Positions 1 through 14,165 of a stretch of 64,000 bases of DNA are shown in pieces. Below the pieces are notes generated by a model. That model ran no database searches. It saw only the letters and a list, made by a program, of their open reading frames with translations, and was not told the origin of the DNA. Source of the DNA: Spongospora subterranea f. sp. subterranea. Taxonomy: Eukaryota. Location: NCBI GenBank assembly GCA_049724395.1, contig JAUGWO010000062.1, forward strand, positions 124,001 through 188,000, given 5' to 3'. Position 1 is the first letter of the stretch, and each line of letters opens with the position of its first letter. The position numbers and the translations under genes were made by a program.

Positions 1-3000
1 ATACACACCTGCACGACAATTCTGAGGTATTCAAAAATCTTCCAGAAACAGTTATCATTCTTCCGCCCTGATATCCGCTATAAATCGGAGAGATTCCGGT
101 AACTACTGAAGATGAATATTGGAACAAAACCGAAGAAGATGAAAAATCAAGCCCATTATCGGAAACATCAACGATAACTCTGTCAGAGACTGAAGACGGT
201 GCAGAGCAGATTATTTGTGCCGATGAAAGGAATGTTGCCGGCACAATCTGAATAATTGTCTTCAGACAAGAACAAAACGAAACAGTCTCATTCTACCTGA
301 GTGCCGGAATCGACACCTAAGGCCAAAGCTATCGCGAAAATTGCTTCCAGTAATGGCAACGATTGTTCCGTTGATACCGTTATCTGGGAAAATTGATGCA
401 ACCACAGGTGCAACATGGTACTCATATTCAACAGCGGTTTGCGAGAGAACCGAATGATTTGCCAGGGCACAGCGGATCTGAGTCAGGCCTACTGAAGATG
501 GCGGCGATACCACAGTGAGACTCTGGTCTGAAATCACAACGGCAGGTGCAGTGATATCTAATGTATGGTTAAAATCGGATGAAATTAAAGTGGGTAAACA
601 CCGACTTGGAAGTGAGAAATGTACAACCATTCCAGCTATAAAACCTTGTCCGAAAACACTCAAAGTCGTGCCCCCTAGGGACGATCCGAAAGGAGGAAAA
701 ACACTTGTCGCAAAGAAAGGGAGAGAAAAGTTGATTGCGATTGGAGTGAAAAAGTCGTGGCCATTTGAACTGATATCCACGATAGTGTACTTGGTCGTTC
801 CCATAGGCGCTTGACACACTGCTTGTGTGGAAGTAATGGTTCCTGATAACGCCGCAACCTAAATCATTTTAAGCACAAGGAGGATTGACTGCTATTCAGT
901 AAGCACCTTGATTTGTGAGCCAAAACCGTCTTGAAACCGACACCACAATTGGTTTGTTAAAAAATTGGTTCCTACAATTGTCGTTGAGGATCCCCCAGAA
1001 GGATGAAGGGCTAATCCTGCAACGACGGCATTCGTCATCGAAGGTTGGGCGATAAACTCGAATGTCGAAGAAGTATTGGCAAATTCTAAACCGTTTATCG
1101 CAACGCTAACTTGAACGATGCCAGGTGCATGAGAAGGAGCGAGACACATGATTTCAAACGAACTGATGAAAATTGCAGACGCGGAACTGAGGCTATTTCA
1201 AAATACGATGAGAAAAACATTGAATCAGTACTCACCTCAATACCGAGCCAAATTTGCAGATGAGCGTGTCTCTGTTGACGAAGTTGGATCCCGATAAAGT
1301 CACCCAAGAAACACCAGCGTAACCCGTAGAAGGGAAGCTGGCTTGATCCAACGAGACAAGATCATAGAAGGTAACGGATAGTCCAGATGATGAAAAATCC
1401 ACGCTGTTAAATGACACTTCAACGCTGTATTGACCAGGAAAACTAACATAGGGGGTTGGACATGCAAGGCGACTGCCTGACAGGAAAACAGCCTGGGTCG
1501 TGAGCGACTGTGAGGTTGTACTAAAATGACACGTTTTGACAGATTCATTCACAAAGTTAGATCCGAATAATGTTAACACTGTGCCCCCAGTGTATGAAGC
1601 AACAACTTCCGGGATTATCAAACTTATGCTCGAATCCAAAAACGACCGAAAAATGGCAACAGGCGACCATTGAAGGCCATTGCAAGTAACTTGAACAGCA
1701 GTAACTGTAGAGTTCATAGACGGAGTAACGCAGCTAACGTAACTGGAATTGACATAAACTGCAGCAATCTTGGCAGAATCGAACCGGCAGAACAGGCTTG
1801 ACGTATTGCGCAAACCTAATGTATGGATGGCGACTGGTGTTCCTCCTGATGCTGGACCCGCTTCTGGAGACAAAGAGACAATGGCAGGGTCATGATAATA
1901 GGTGAAGTTGACGCTGCTACTTGAGAAATCAACTGCGTTTGAAGACAGGTCAACATTTACCGATCCTGAAACTGCAGTGGAAGGGACAACGCATATCGCA
2001 GTAGTTGTATTTACAAACGTATACAGTTGAGTAATGGCTTGACCAATTCGACACACAGCTGGTGCTGAGATAACTGATGGATCGGAAAACCCGACCCCAC
2101 TAACTGTCACGGAATATCCACCAGCGATCCCTCCATGGTCGGGAGATACTTTCTGCACAACAATATCTGGAAAATATTGAAAAGTACGTAAGTTTGAAGA
2201 AAAATCGACCCCGTTTGTGCTGGCTTCAACGATGGTCGCTTGTAATTTGCTTCCGGATAGCGCAGGAACTGAAACTAATAACCGCGTAGAGGAGATAAAC
2301 TCAGTTTGAACTAACAAACTCCCAAAACGAAGCACGGTGCGTGGCCGGAACCCTGATCCGAAAACGGTGACGGGAAATGGGCTTCCGGAAGAAGGTTTGC
2401 CATAAGGAAAAAAATCATATATCTCCGGAAGATATGAATAGGTAAAGGAACAAGGAGGTCCTGCCTGAGAGATATCCGATCCATTGTTAACTGAAACTTT
2501 CACGTTTCACAACTCGAGACGGCAGTCCTCCCGGCGTTTCACACAGTACCATCGACTGATTCTGCACAAAGGCGGGCACCAACACGTTCTCAAACACACA
2601 TGATGTAACAGAGTTCAACTGAGTGCCGACAACGGCGACCATTGTTCCTCCAAAAAAACTGCCATGATCTGGTGAGACGTAGGTGATAGAAGGCACGGCT
2701 ACATAAGAAAAATTCTGATTTTGTGAGGTGAACTCTTGACCGCCGTTATCGCTGATTTCCACCGAAACAATCCCAGGCGCAAAAGAAGATGGGCTGACGC
2801 ATGTTATCAACGAACTGCTTATCCACGTAGAATTAGACTCTGAAGATAGCAAGCCAAATCTGCACTGAATAGGAAAAAGCGACGTGAAGTTCGACCCAAA
2901 TATTGAAACTTGAGTACCTCCAGACGTAGGACCAACTGCTGGATATATGCGAGAAACTACTGGTGGTGCCGTAAAGTAGTACTCAATTGAGCCAGAAACA

Positions 3001-6000
3001 TAATCGAGTCCGTTCAAGGTGACATCTATGTCTTGTGAATCGGGAAACGACGACGTTATAGCAGGGGAAAGGCAGCGGATCAATGTGGATGACAAGTATA
3101 TTGCTGCGGTAGAAAGCAATGATCCACCGTAGCGACAGGCTAAAGTTGAAGACGGATAAAAGAAACTACCGGTGATATTTACCCAAGAAGAACGGCCGTT
3201 GGCAGGAGCAGAGACAGGGCTGGCAGATAGTATAATGGGAACTTCTGAATAAACGAACGTGATCCCTAAACCTGTGTAGTCATAACCACCATTATTGGAT
3301 AATTTCACTGACACAGCCCCTGGGCTGCTCATCGATGGCGTGATGCATGAAACTGATGTACTCGTCATGAAGACTGCAAAGACTTCGGGACCTTCAGCTC
3401 CAAATTTGCACCAAAGCTCAATATCGGAGCTAGTGTTGGAAAATGATCCGGGGACAGCAACATCGATCTTGATTAGGGTTCCACCGTAAATACTTCCATT
3501 GTTCGGAACAATGGACTCATACACTAGGGGTGGCATGTAAGTGAAATTAACTGGACTAGCGAAAAAATCAAGATAGTTGTCAGTAATAGAAACCGCAACA
3601 GATCCTGCAGCCGACGGCGGCGAAACACATGACAGCATGTCAGCTGAAATCCAAACAGCATCCACGGTCGTTCCCCCAAAATTGCATAAACTTCCGCCAG
3701 TTGACGCTGAAAAATTGAATCCCGTCACTGTCACAATGGTGCCTCCAGCGACAGGTCCACGAATCGGATAAATCGAGGACACCGACGGGCCTATAGCGAC
3801 GTAATTGAAGTAAAGATTGTCGTGCGACCAGTTTTCCCCTAAGTTGCTACTAATGGTAACTGGATAAAGACCGGGAGCATTTTGGAAAGGAGCTACGCAT
3901 GTTAAGTTGGTTGACCAAATCGTGTCCGGTATCACGATAGAATGTCCAAAGCGACAACGCGATGTCGAAGATTTAAAACCATTTCCATAGACTGTGATTC
4001 GCAAACCAGCAGTCCCAAATTCCGGAATCAAAGTGGAAATGTTTACAGGGTAAGTGAACCTAAACAGAGATTTGTCGCCATCGAAAATCTTTCGGCAATC
4101 TATCAACTTCTATAGATGTAACAAAATTTTTGAAATTACCTGACCGTCACTAGAGATCGTAACATTCACATAGCCTGGATGAGGAACCTTAGGAGTTCGG
4201 CATGAGACAACGGTGGAGTTGAGAAAATTTGCGCCCACAACCAAGGAAGTTGTATGGGACACGAACAAACACGAAAGCGTTGACACATTATGAAACGAAG
4301 TCCCTGACACAGTAATGTAGGCACCACCTATATGGCGAGAAATTAGAACATGCAACCAGGATAGCGTAACCAAGAGACCTCTGATAGAGCCATGATCAAT
4401 AGATAAGGCTGATATTGTTGAAGGATTATAAACCTGGAAGGGTACATTTGTCGTTTGATAAAGTCCAATATACCCATTCGAAAATCTAAAATTGAATGTA
4501 GCGTTGCTGAAGTGAACAGGGACAGTACATCGAACAACACCAGAGGACTCATACCTATGTGCGAACAAAAATCACTGTCAAAGAGAGGGACCAATGCGTT
4601 AATACGTTGCTGCCGAAGAGATGCCTGGCGCGAAACCACATTGTAAAAGCGGGGTGTCCCTGAATCCCCTTCCTGATATAGTAATAGTGGTACCACCAGT
4701 AACGGGGGCGCACGACGGATTAACACTGGACACAACTGCATCTGTAAATGCTTGAACCTAAACGAGAAATGTTTTCAAACCCGCAGCAGAGAGCCAGGGC
4801 CTCATACCTGTTGACTGTTATGCGTTGTCCAGTATCTCAGATTCGTCAACTCTAAGGCGTATGTTCCATCAGCCTATTAAGCGATCAGTAGAAACCGGAA
4901 GACGTCCAGGCAGAATACGGGAGGGATTGGAGAAACGCAACGTGCTTCGCCGCTCGAAATAATGGTTGCATTGGTTAAATATCCACCAGAAAGCTTGCAA
5001 TAAATCGGAGTCCGAGATGACGTGACAAAGTTGGTCCCAGTCAAGGTCAGGTTGACGCCACCAGTGAGTGGAAACACGTTAGGTTCAATATTACTAATTA
5101 GAGCAGCAGCAAGATAATCATACTGAGCACCTGAATACGCTTTTCGTAAAAAAAGTATGCATTGTAGAAGGGATTTTACCAGAAGAAGAATACTGATTGC
5201 TATTGATGGTCACTTCAACAGCAACCGAACCTGCAGTAGATGAAGGGGCAATGCATATAATTTTGGACGAGTTCCAGAATGTTGCAGCCACGGGTGAGAG
5301 TTGATTACCAAAGATGCATCGAAGTAACGACCCGCTCTGAAAGAAATTGCGTCCAAAAACAGTTACTACAGCCCCGCCTTCTACAGGCCCTTCCCGAGGA
5401 TGAATCTGAGTGACCGCGATGTTTGGGTAGTAATCAAACCTTGCCGTTTGGTTTGAATAATCGACACCGTTATTAGTTACAGCAACGTGGGCATAACCTG
5501 GCGACAATTTAGGTGGAACTCTGCAATTAATTGCTGTTGAAGAAAGATATGTCGCCGGAGTCGGCCACGTTGCATTGAACCATAAACAGGAAAGACTAGG
5601 ATTATCAATAAACCCAGATCCAGTAATCGTAACGATCATGCCACCACGAACTTCCCCAAAAGAGGGAGAGACGGAAAGCACCGTTGACACTTCGCGATAA
5701 AAAAACTGGACCGCATTACTTGTGAGATTTGTACCGGAAAGATAAACTCTCGCCGAACTATTCATTGAGCCAGCTGGTGAAACACATAAAGCGGTTGTTG
5801 ATGACTTCACCGTAGCTAAAGTGTTCAACCCGGATGACCAGATGCATCGAAATCCTTTTTGAAAATTCGATCCGTGCAACGTGATCGGCGTTCCACCTAG
5901 TGCACCACCGAACGCTGGGTCAACAAAGAAAAGGACTGCTTCTTGGCCCACGCTGAGATACAAATCGAACTGTTGGGTCCGCACCAATTTTCCAGCAAAT

Positions 6001-7410
6001 TGGTACGGTCCATAACCTTCAAGCTTCCAGTTGATGATGTCGATTCCAGAAAAATATGGTACTCTGGAGTACACCACTTCCTTGATTGCCACATTGATAT
6101 CAGAAACATTTCCACTGTAATTAGCAATGGTTGATGTGCTGTTGGGAAGCCGGTTGAGACCGTTGACCGTTTTCAAAGAGATTTGTCCCAAGTCAGCGCT
6201 TATGGAACATGTGATAATTTCCGCTCCCATCTTGGAAGCGTTCAGTATTGCGTTAGAGAGAAACGACACGTTCATCGTCGGATACGCTTGTAAAGAAATA
6301 TCATCGTAGACGTTGATAACGTCAACAACAAGTCCTGCAGACACTGAACTGTTTACCCCATCTGACACCCGATAATTAAACTCATCCTCGCCAGCAACTG
6401 AAGATGAAAATATGACTCGTCTATCGGAATCAGTTAGGGTAGTGTTAGGTGACGAAATAATGCTTCCGCGCTGCCAGTTGACAGCAAACTGATACAGCAC
6501 ACCGTTTGTCGGTAATGACAAAATTTCAACAGCAGTCAATGAACCTGTTCCATTCAAGACGATGATAACGTCCTGATTTCGATTTGTCACAACTCTAGTT
6601 CCGAATCCGCAAGTCGAGGGCACCCAACGCAAAGCTCCGGTAAAGGTTCCATCGTTGAAATTTCCAGATGAATCAGTGGCATCCATGCCATCAAAGTTCC
6701 ATCTCAGAATAAGGTCGTCTGGAACCTGAGGGTCTGGGTATTTCATGGCAGTAACGATTTCTGACTCAGAAATTGCTCGCTCGTAGATCCGGAACTCGTC
6801 AATGGCGCCTGAAAAATTAAACAACCCAATGGCGGATGTTCCGACATAGAGAGGGAGTCCTGACGAAGCTGCGTTGTAGTAGGATGATGGAGATATCTAC
6901 ACACACAAACATCAGTACATTGATTATATCTGAAAAATATGCCTACTGAGCCTGTTGAAATTCCATTTTCATAGAGTACGAGCACTAAAAGGTTAACAGT
7001 GACTGCTACGTGCGTCCAATTAGATGCGCTGCCATTAAACAACAGTGATTCGTCGAAACCAGCTGCAAAAACACATGATTAAAGCCCGAGTACATTCAAA
7101 CTGCTTTCTCACATTTCGGAAATCGGATGCGAACTGATCTTCCAACAATGATGTCGATGCGCCATTCTCCTGGCTTTTCCGCCAATGTCATATTACCGGT
7201 TGAATTTGGACGCACCCAGGCGGCAACAGTAAATTCTGATAGGCCAGCGACTTCCATGCAAGGGTGAACAAAATCGTCATTGCGATTACATGCTTCTGGA
7301 GATATAACCCCATATGAACCGTCAAGGAATAAAGCATAGCCTGCGGTCCCTGCTACAGGGTCTGAATATGCTGCTCGCCAGAGTACGGTGAAAATCGCAA
7401 TGAAAATCAT
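1..7410 (-). CDS. Giant secreted/surface protein: signal peptide, LamG/concanavalin-like domain, Ig/cadherin-like region, then about 20 or more IPT/TIG repeats; multi-exon, 3' end beyond the window
   Basis: Hydrophobic N-terminus MIFIAIFTVLWRAAYS. LamG motifs FTVAAWVRP and FSGAIDEFRIYERAIS. Repeated P..G...GGT.VTV.G.NF / C.FG / C.SP / V.VS.NG units across ORFs from 6824 to 262, joined by short GT-AG introns. One +1 frameshift at 2505-2507. Confidence 0.9.
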
Positions 7411-8227
7411 CGAACTAAAAAGATGACTCCGATCTTATGCTAAACTGAGGGCTAAACTCGACGCGGCTGAACCAAGAGATTGTCTTGATAGCCATTAGCT
7501 CCAAATGATGCTAAAGTTGCGCGCCATCATCACCCTTTTCCTTATTTGGGTTTGTTCTCTCGGAATTTTCGGGGGCCAACGTTACAACCTAGATTTGCTG
7601 TGAGTGAGGGGCCGCCCACCAGCAGTTCATCACACAATCCATATACTCCAGCCGGAACCCCGAACTGGGGTCTTTGGTGTTAGCCTAGCCGCCGAGTTTG
7701 CGGAAGTCAGCTGTTTACGAGAACAACAATTGGTGCCTTGGCAGCGTACCACCATATATGGAGCCGTCCGTTTCAACTGATGGCCTGGGCTGTGCCAATC
7801 CATCCATCACACTCAAACGAAAACATCCAAACGGAAAAGGCACTGACTTGGTCGTAAATGAAATTTCCGATTTACCTCTGATCACTGAGGAGAACTTGAG
7901 CAAGATCGTTTCCCCGCAATCACACATATATTCTTCGCGAAATTCAGAGTAGATGATGTGTCTCATGGCGCAGAGGACGATTTATTACAGAAAATTTTGA
8001 CGTTGCGGACATCTATGCTGCGTGAAGGGTACGTTGACATCAATTTTTCTGCTGCTGGCGGTAATAATAATATTGTGTTGTTTGCGACCAACAGCTTCTA
8101 GTTTCCAATACAGACTTTCTAATGTTCTGTCAATTGCGTTCCACTCCCTCGAGAATGCTGGAGGGCCTGTCAAAAACCAAACGTGGGACACATATCCGTT
8201 TTTCCATTCAGATCTGATGGGATAATT

Positions 8228-8397
8228 CTGTTTTCGTCGTCAGAAAATGATAGAAACTGCTGTTTTCGTCGTCAGAAATTGTTAGGCATTGCTGTTTTCG
8301 TCGTCAGAAATTGATAGAAATTGCTGTTTTCGTCGTCAGAAATTGATAGAAACTGCTGTTTTCGTCGTCAGAAATTGATAGAAATTGCTGTTTTCGT
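8228..8397. repeat. 32-bp tandem repeat, about 5.3 copies
   Basis: Unit CTGTTTTCGTCGTCAGAAATTGATAGAAA(T/C)TG starts at 8228, 8260, 8292, 8324, 8356 and 8388 (partial). Confidence 0.95.
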
Positions 8398-8543
8398 TGT
8401 GTCGATGAAATGTGCGCACGGAGTTTAATTGGCACTATTGGCATATTGGGCCAAATGCTTCATGGGTGCGCCTTTTGGTCCTGTGTCATTTAATAGGTCT
8501 TTAACCGCCGATTACCTCGCATTAGGTACAAAGTACACGAAAT

Positions 8544-11500
8544 ATGGAACGTTTGCTGGATTTTTCGTCGGAGCTAGACATCCAGCTACTAGACCAAGCT
8601 GTTAGCGAGTTTTTTAGCGGGCGATCGTCACCCGCCGTCCAAGAACTTCTGGTTAAATTTCAAGATCATCCGGATTCATGGCTCAGGGTCGACACTATTC
8701 TGGAGAGATCACAAAGCAGCAATACCAAGATTTTAGCGTTGAATATTCTGGGTATGATTGGTCTTTGGTGCGACATTTCACTCTTTTCCTCAATTTTGTT
8801 TTATAGAAAATGCAGTGAAATCGCGGTGGAAAGTGTTACCTATCGAACACAGAGAAGGCATAAAAAAATATATTGTCGACCAGATCATAAAAATGTCTGT
8901 TGGCTTAATCTTGTTTTGAAGGTGTTGTTACTGATTTATTGTTGTGGGTTTAGCTCTTCCAGCGGTGAAAGTCTGAAGGCCCAATCCGTTTTTGTTAGGA
9001 AGTTGAACTTGATCCTAGTTCAAGTCGTCAAAAGGGAATGGCCACATAATTGGCCGACATTCATCCCTGATCTCGTGAATTCATCTAAACAGAGTGAATC
9101 ATTGTGCTCGAATAATATGGAAATTCTCAGGCTGCTTAGTGAAGAGGTAGCGAGATGCACTGGTCATTCTCCATGAACGTACTAACCGCCTTCACTTGAT
9201 GTCAGATTTTCGATTCGTCAAAAGACAAAATGACTCAAGCAGATAGGAAACAAGTTCAGGTACATGCTAGTTGCAATGTTAAAAAAATTGCTTAAATTTG
9301 GATCAGGTCAATTTGAATGCGGAGTTTGGGTTAATATTCCAACTTTGCCAGTATGTCCTAAGCGTCTCTCAAGATCCAGGTCTACTCAATACTTCATTGA
9401 CGACTTTGCAACGATTTCTATCGTGGATACCGATCGGATTCATATTCGAAACCAATTTGCTTGAATTGCTTGCTGTCAAGGTTTCACTTACGCCGTCATT
9501 TGAGGGATGCATCTGAATTTTTTTCTATAGCTGCTGCGTGAACCTGTTTTTCAAAATAAGGCTCTCTGGTGCCTTACTGATATAGGCAGCCTTCAAGGAC
9601 AGGAACTTCAACAATTTGGACCACAATTTATTCAGATGTTTGCCGCTGTTGTTCAGCACCTGTGCGCAATCCTACCTCCAGATATGAATATCGCCGAAGT
9701 CTACGCAACTGCCAACTCGCGTACCCAAGCGTTTTTCAGGTATAGAATGTTTTACTAAACTGTTCTGTCCACATCGATCTAAAAGGGAAAAAGGCATTTG
9801 GCGAACTTCTTGACCGGGTTTATGTCTTGCCACCTTGCGTTAGTGGAAAATGGTCCTCCTGAAGCGGTTGAACTCATAGGTAAACATTCATTGATTTGTT
9901 GTTGATAATTGACTTGCTGTAGTACCCGCCCTTCAAATTCTGGTTCGACTCTCCCAAATTAATGACTCAATTATTTTCAAAATTTGCTTGGAGTTCTGGG
10001 TGAAATTTGTTTCCGAGCTATATCTTTCGCGACCTCCTTTAGCCCAAAGTCCTGATTCGAGTGCCTTGTTCATGCTTGGTAAATTTTCACTCCGAACTTT
10101 AGAAAAAAGGTGTTTGATTTGCGAATCAGGTCGTCTCGGTGGTAATCAAATGCCAATGCAGAACCCGAAATTGCAAAGATACTCTCCTACTCTGTCTCAA
10201 TTAAGAAATGTTCTGATCTGTAAAATGGCCAAGCCTGAAGGTAATTTTCTTACTTCACTGGTTTTTATTGGCTCAACTTTCTCTTAGAGGTTCTCATCGT
10301 TGAAAACGAGCATGGCGAAATCGTTAAAGAAACTTTGAAGGATACTGATGCGATCCAGCTTTACATGAGCATGAGGCATTGCTTAGTTTATCTTACGCAT
10401 TTGGATCCAGAAGACACTCAGGTTAAGAAATCGGTTCATCAATTTTGGAAGTACTCCCTGACCTATTGCGGTCAGATGACAATGTTAAGTAAATTGAACC
10501 GACAAATTGACGGCAGTGAATGGAGTTGGAGAAATCTGAATACACTGTGCTGGGCCATTGGATCCATCAGCGGCGCTATGTCAGAAGACATGGAGAAGGA
10601 TTTCTTAGTCAGCGTAATTAAGGATCTGCTCGGGCTCTGCGAGCTGAAGCGTGGCAAAGAACATAAGGCTGTAAATATGCCACTAGATTATCTGCGAATG
10701 CATCACATTTTTAACGTGAATTCCTATAGGTTATTGCCAGCAATATTATGTATGTCGTCGGCCAGTACCCAAGGTTTCTTCGTCAACATTGGCGCTTCCT
10801 GAAAACAGTCGTCAAGAAATTATTCGAATTCATGCATGAATCGTACCCTGGCGTTCAAGACATGGTACTCTTGTCTTGATGAGATGATTTTCAGATCTAA
10901 GAAGTTTTCTAATTAGGCCTGTGATACGTTTTTAAAAATCGCCAAAAGGTGTCGGAAAAAATTCGTCGTCATGCAAAGGTCCGAAGCAGTGGTATTCATT
11001 GAGGAAGTTCTCCAGGTAATTCGTTGCGCTATTCGATTATGGTTTGGACTTATTCTTCTTCAGGAGCTCCCAGAAATCATCAAGGATCTGGCACCAGCTC
11101 AAATTCAATGTTTCTACGAGGCTGTCGGCTTTGTGATCGGGGCCGAGTCCGACCCTGAAACTAGACAGCGTTTGGTTTTCATTTTGATGACTCTTCCAAA
11201 CCAGTCGTGGACAGCAATTGTTGTTCAGGTATCAATTTCAGATATAGATCCTTCATCGTTTTGACAGTTATTATTAGGCTAATCAGTCGCTAGATTCACT
11301 GTGGGATTCCAAAACGGTTGCAAGCATTAAGACGATATTGCGTACCAATGCGTGTGTTGCACATTCATTAGGACCTGGTATCTTTTATCGGTGCCAACTT
11401 GATATCCCTCTCAATTGTTGTATTCAGGATATATGGTCCAATTCGGTAGAATATATCTCGAAATGCTGAATATTTATCGGGCGTATAGCGAGTTCATATC

Positions 11501-12839
11501 AGCTGCGGTCACCAAGAACCCACTTGACATTCATTCCGCTCTCATCAGGCAGATGCGAGCAGTCAAGTCCGAGGTTCTTAAGTTGATCGAGGCTTTTGTC
11601 GAAACATCACAGGTATGATGCTGAGGCTCTCTCGCCGTCTCAATGTATTTGACCTTTCGCTTCTAGGCATCGGATTTCGATGCAATCGTTGCTAATTTCC
11701 TTCCTCCTCTGCTGGATCCCGTCTTGGATGACTATAGCAGAGCTGTCCCTGATGCCCGTGATTATGCTGTTTTATCGTTGTTCGCGATGATTGTTGAAAA
11801 GCTAGGACACAAAATCACCGAAGCGGTATCTATATATATCCCATCGATCGCGAATTTCGGACATAAACTTATTAATAGGTACCTCGTATCCTCGATTCGG
11901 TCTTCCAGCCGACAATCAATATGATTACTGGCAATTTCGAAGATTATCCTGATCATAGAATTCACTTTTTCTCTTTACTGCGAGCGGTCAATTTAACATG
12001 TTTCCCTGCGTTTTTTATGATTTCTGCGGAAAAATTCCAACTTGTTATGAATTCCATATCCTGGTCGTTCAAACATCTTGGTAATTATTATATCACTTTG
12101 CATTGTGATACTCTTGTTTCTAATGAGGTTCTGTCAGAACGAAATATTGCCGAGACAGGGCTGAATCTTTTGTCAGAGCTGCTGAATAATGTGGATAAAT
12201 CCGAATTGGCCAACGACTTCTATTGTGCATATATGCTGACGATTTTGCAAGATATTTTCGCTGTGCTTACTGACACTTTCCACAAGCCTGGGTTCAAACT
12301 TCATGCTCAGGTTCGATTCGCGTTGCTCCGTCTTAACCCGATTAATTTGCCTTCCGCAGATATTGTCAAAACTATTCGGTGTCGTCCAGAGTGGTCGTAT
12401 AACTGTTCCTCTTTGGAATCATCAAGCGCAGGATGGCCTACAATTTTCCAATAATCAGCAGTTTATTGCACGGTTCGTGGAGAATTTACTGGGGAATGCG
12501 TTTCCCCAGGTCACGGCTAAACAGATCAGCTCATTTGTTCAAGGACTGTTTGAACTGCAGCTCGACCTAATCGGCTTCAAATCTCACATACGCGACTTCC
12601 TCGTCCAGTTGAAAGAGTTTTCATCAGGTTTGTGTTTTGCAATCGTCACGTAAGTTCTTGGATCTGGAGATTGACTATCGTTTTTAGCGGACAATGCGGA
12701 CCTCTTTTTGGAAGAACAAGAACAAGCAAGGCTGGCGAACAAGGCACGGGACGACGCCATCAAATCAATTCCAGGAATGGACTACGTTCCTCCATCCATG
12801 AATGCGGTCAACATTGTCGAAACGCGCTCAATGGATTGA
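8544..12839 (+). CDS. XPO1: Exportin-1 (CRM1), multi-exon
   Basis: Motifs [82 protein letters not shown] and [13 protein letters not shown]. Exons join through GT-AG introns; stop TGA at 12837-12839. Confidence 0.97.
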
Positions 12840-13013
12840 TTCTCTCACGATTTGGCAACGACTGCACCATAACTCTAGAATCTCTATTTGTTTTGATCCA
12901 GCGGTTTTGTTCATTCCACATTATTATCTCATTGAAAATAAACACGGTTGTATTACATGAGATGCTTCCCTAATTTCAATCTATATTCGGGTTTCCAAGC
13001 AGTAAAGTTATCC

Positions 13014-14165
13014 CTACAATAGTTTATTGCCTATCTGCGTCTTCATTCCGTTGACGTTGAATAAGGTCTCAAACCCATCATAGCCCGATTTAGTAATTTC
13101 TTGCAGAAAATCTCCGGTATCTGAACCGAGCGGGACAAGGCAGATCACACACCCGCCTCCTCCGGCTCCCGTCAGTTTCGCAGGAAATCCGTGTTTTTCC
13201 GCTATTCCCACCACATCATCAATTGCAGAATGTCCAACGCCGAGGTCGCATAACAGCTTATGGTTCGCTCGGATCAGCTTCCCACAGATCGTTGCTCCAT
13301 TAGGATCTTTCAAACGCGTCGTTGCCTTTCGAACAATGTCGTCGATTTCCGAGAATATTGCCAAGGCCGTTTGTGTTGAAGATTTCAGAAAACTATCTAC
13401 GCCAGCAATTAAGCGTTTTGTCGATCTGGATATTCTAGTGTTCACGACTAGTAAACGTTGGGAAGACGGGGCGGGGACTTGCTCTGGATCAGCACCTTTT
13501 TGATAACGAGCGGCGCCCCCATGAACCACGACGAAATTATCGATTCCGCTAGGAGACCCGTGAATAATCCGTTCAGCTTCATACGCCCATCGGTTAACCA
13601 GCTGTCGACTCCCTAGTTGTAAATCCTTGATCTGGCCTGAAACAGCCAGCAGTGCACTTGCGACGGCGGCGGAGAAGGAAGCCGACGACCCCAGACCAGC
13701 ACCGATGGGAATCTCAGAACTGACGATCATCGAAATCGGCGATAATTTTGAAACCGGATCCGGTTTTCGACTACAGATTCCAACAAACAGAAACACAATT
13801 ACGCGAACAGAATTATCCACGATATCCTGAGGAATCGCATCGCATCTGGCGGTAGTATCATGTTCAATATCGGCCATGGATATGGCGCGATCAACCTCGT
13901 CCATAACGTTACGCTGACCACTTATCACGTTGCACGCCGAGTCGATCAGTTGGCAACGCGCAGTGCAGTCCATGATGGCCGAGTAAGGGATTCGGACCAG
14001 GCGATGAAGAAGGCGGATCTCGAAATGGGTGGCGACCTCGGGCTGGAGATCGACGTCGACGTTGGTCCACCTGTCAATGGCGATGGCGATGGCAGGCGTC
14101 CCATGGACAACGCTATGCTCGCCGTGTAGTATGATCTTCCCCGGGACGCTGGCTCGGACGTGCAT
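13014..14165 (-). CDS. MVK: Mevalonate kinase (GHMP family), intronless
   Basis: PGKIILHGEHSVVHG, PIGAGLGSSAS, HGSPSGIDN and KLTGAGGGGC. First ATG at 14165. Confidence 0.95.
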   Translation of the reverse strand: MHVRASVPGKIILHGEHSVVHGTPAIAIAIDRWTNVDVDLQPEVATHFEIRLLHRLVRIPYSAIMDCTARCQLIDSACNVISGQRNVMDEVDRAISMADIEHDTTARCDAIPQDIVDNSVRVIVFLFVGICSRKPDPVSKLSPISMIVSSEIPIGAGLGSSASFSAAVASALLAVSGQIKDLQLGSRQLVNRWAYEAERIIHGSPSGIDNFVVVHGGAARYQKGADPEQVPAPSSQRLLVVNTRISRSTKRLIAGVDSFLKSSTQTALAIFSEIDDIVRKATTRLKDPNGATICGKLIRANHKLLCDLGVGHSAIDDVVGIAEKHGFPAKLTGAGGGGCVICLVPLGSDTGDFLQEITKSGYDGFETLFNVNGMKTQIGNKLL

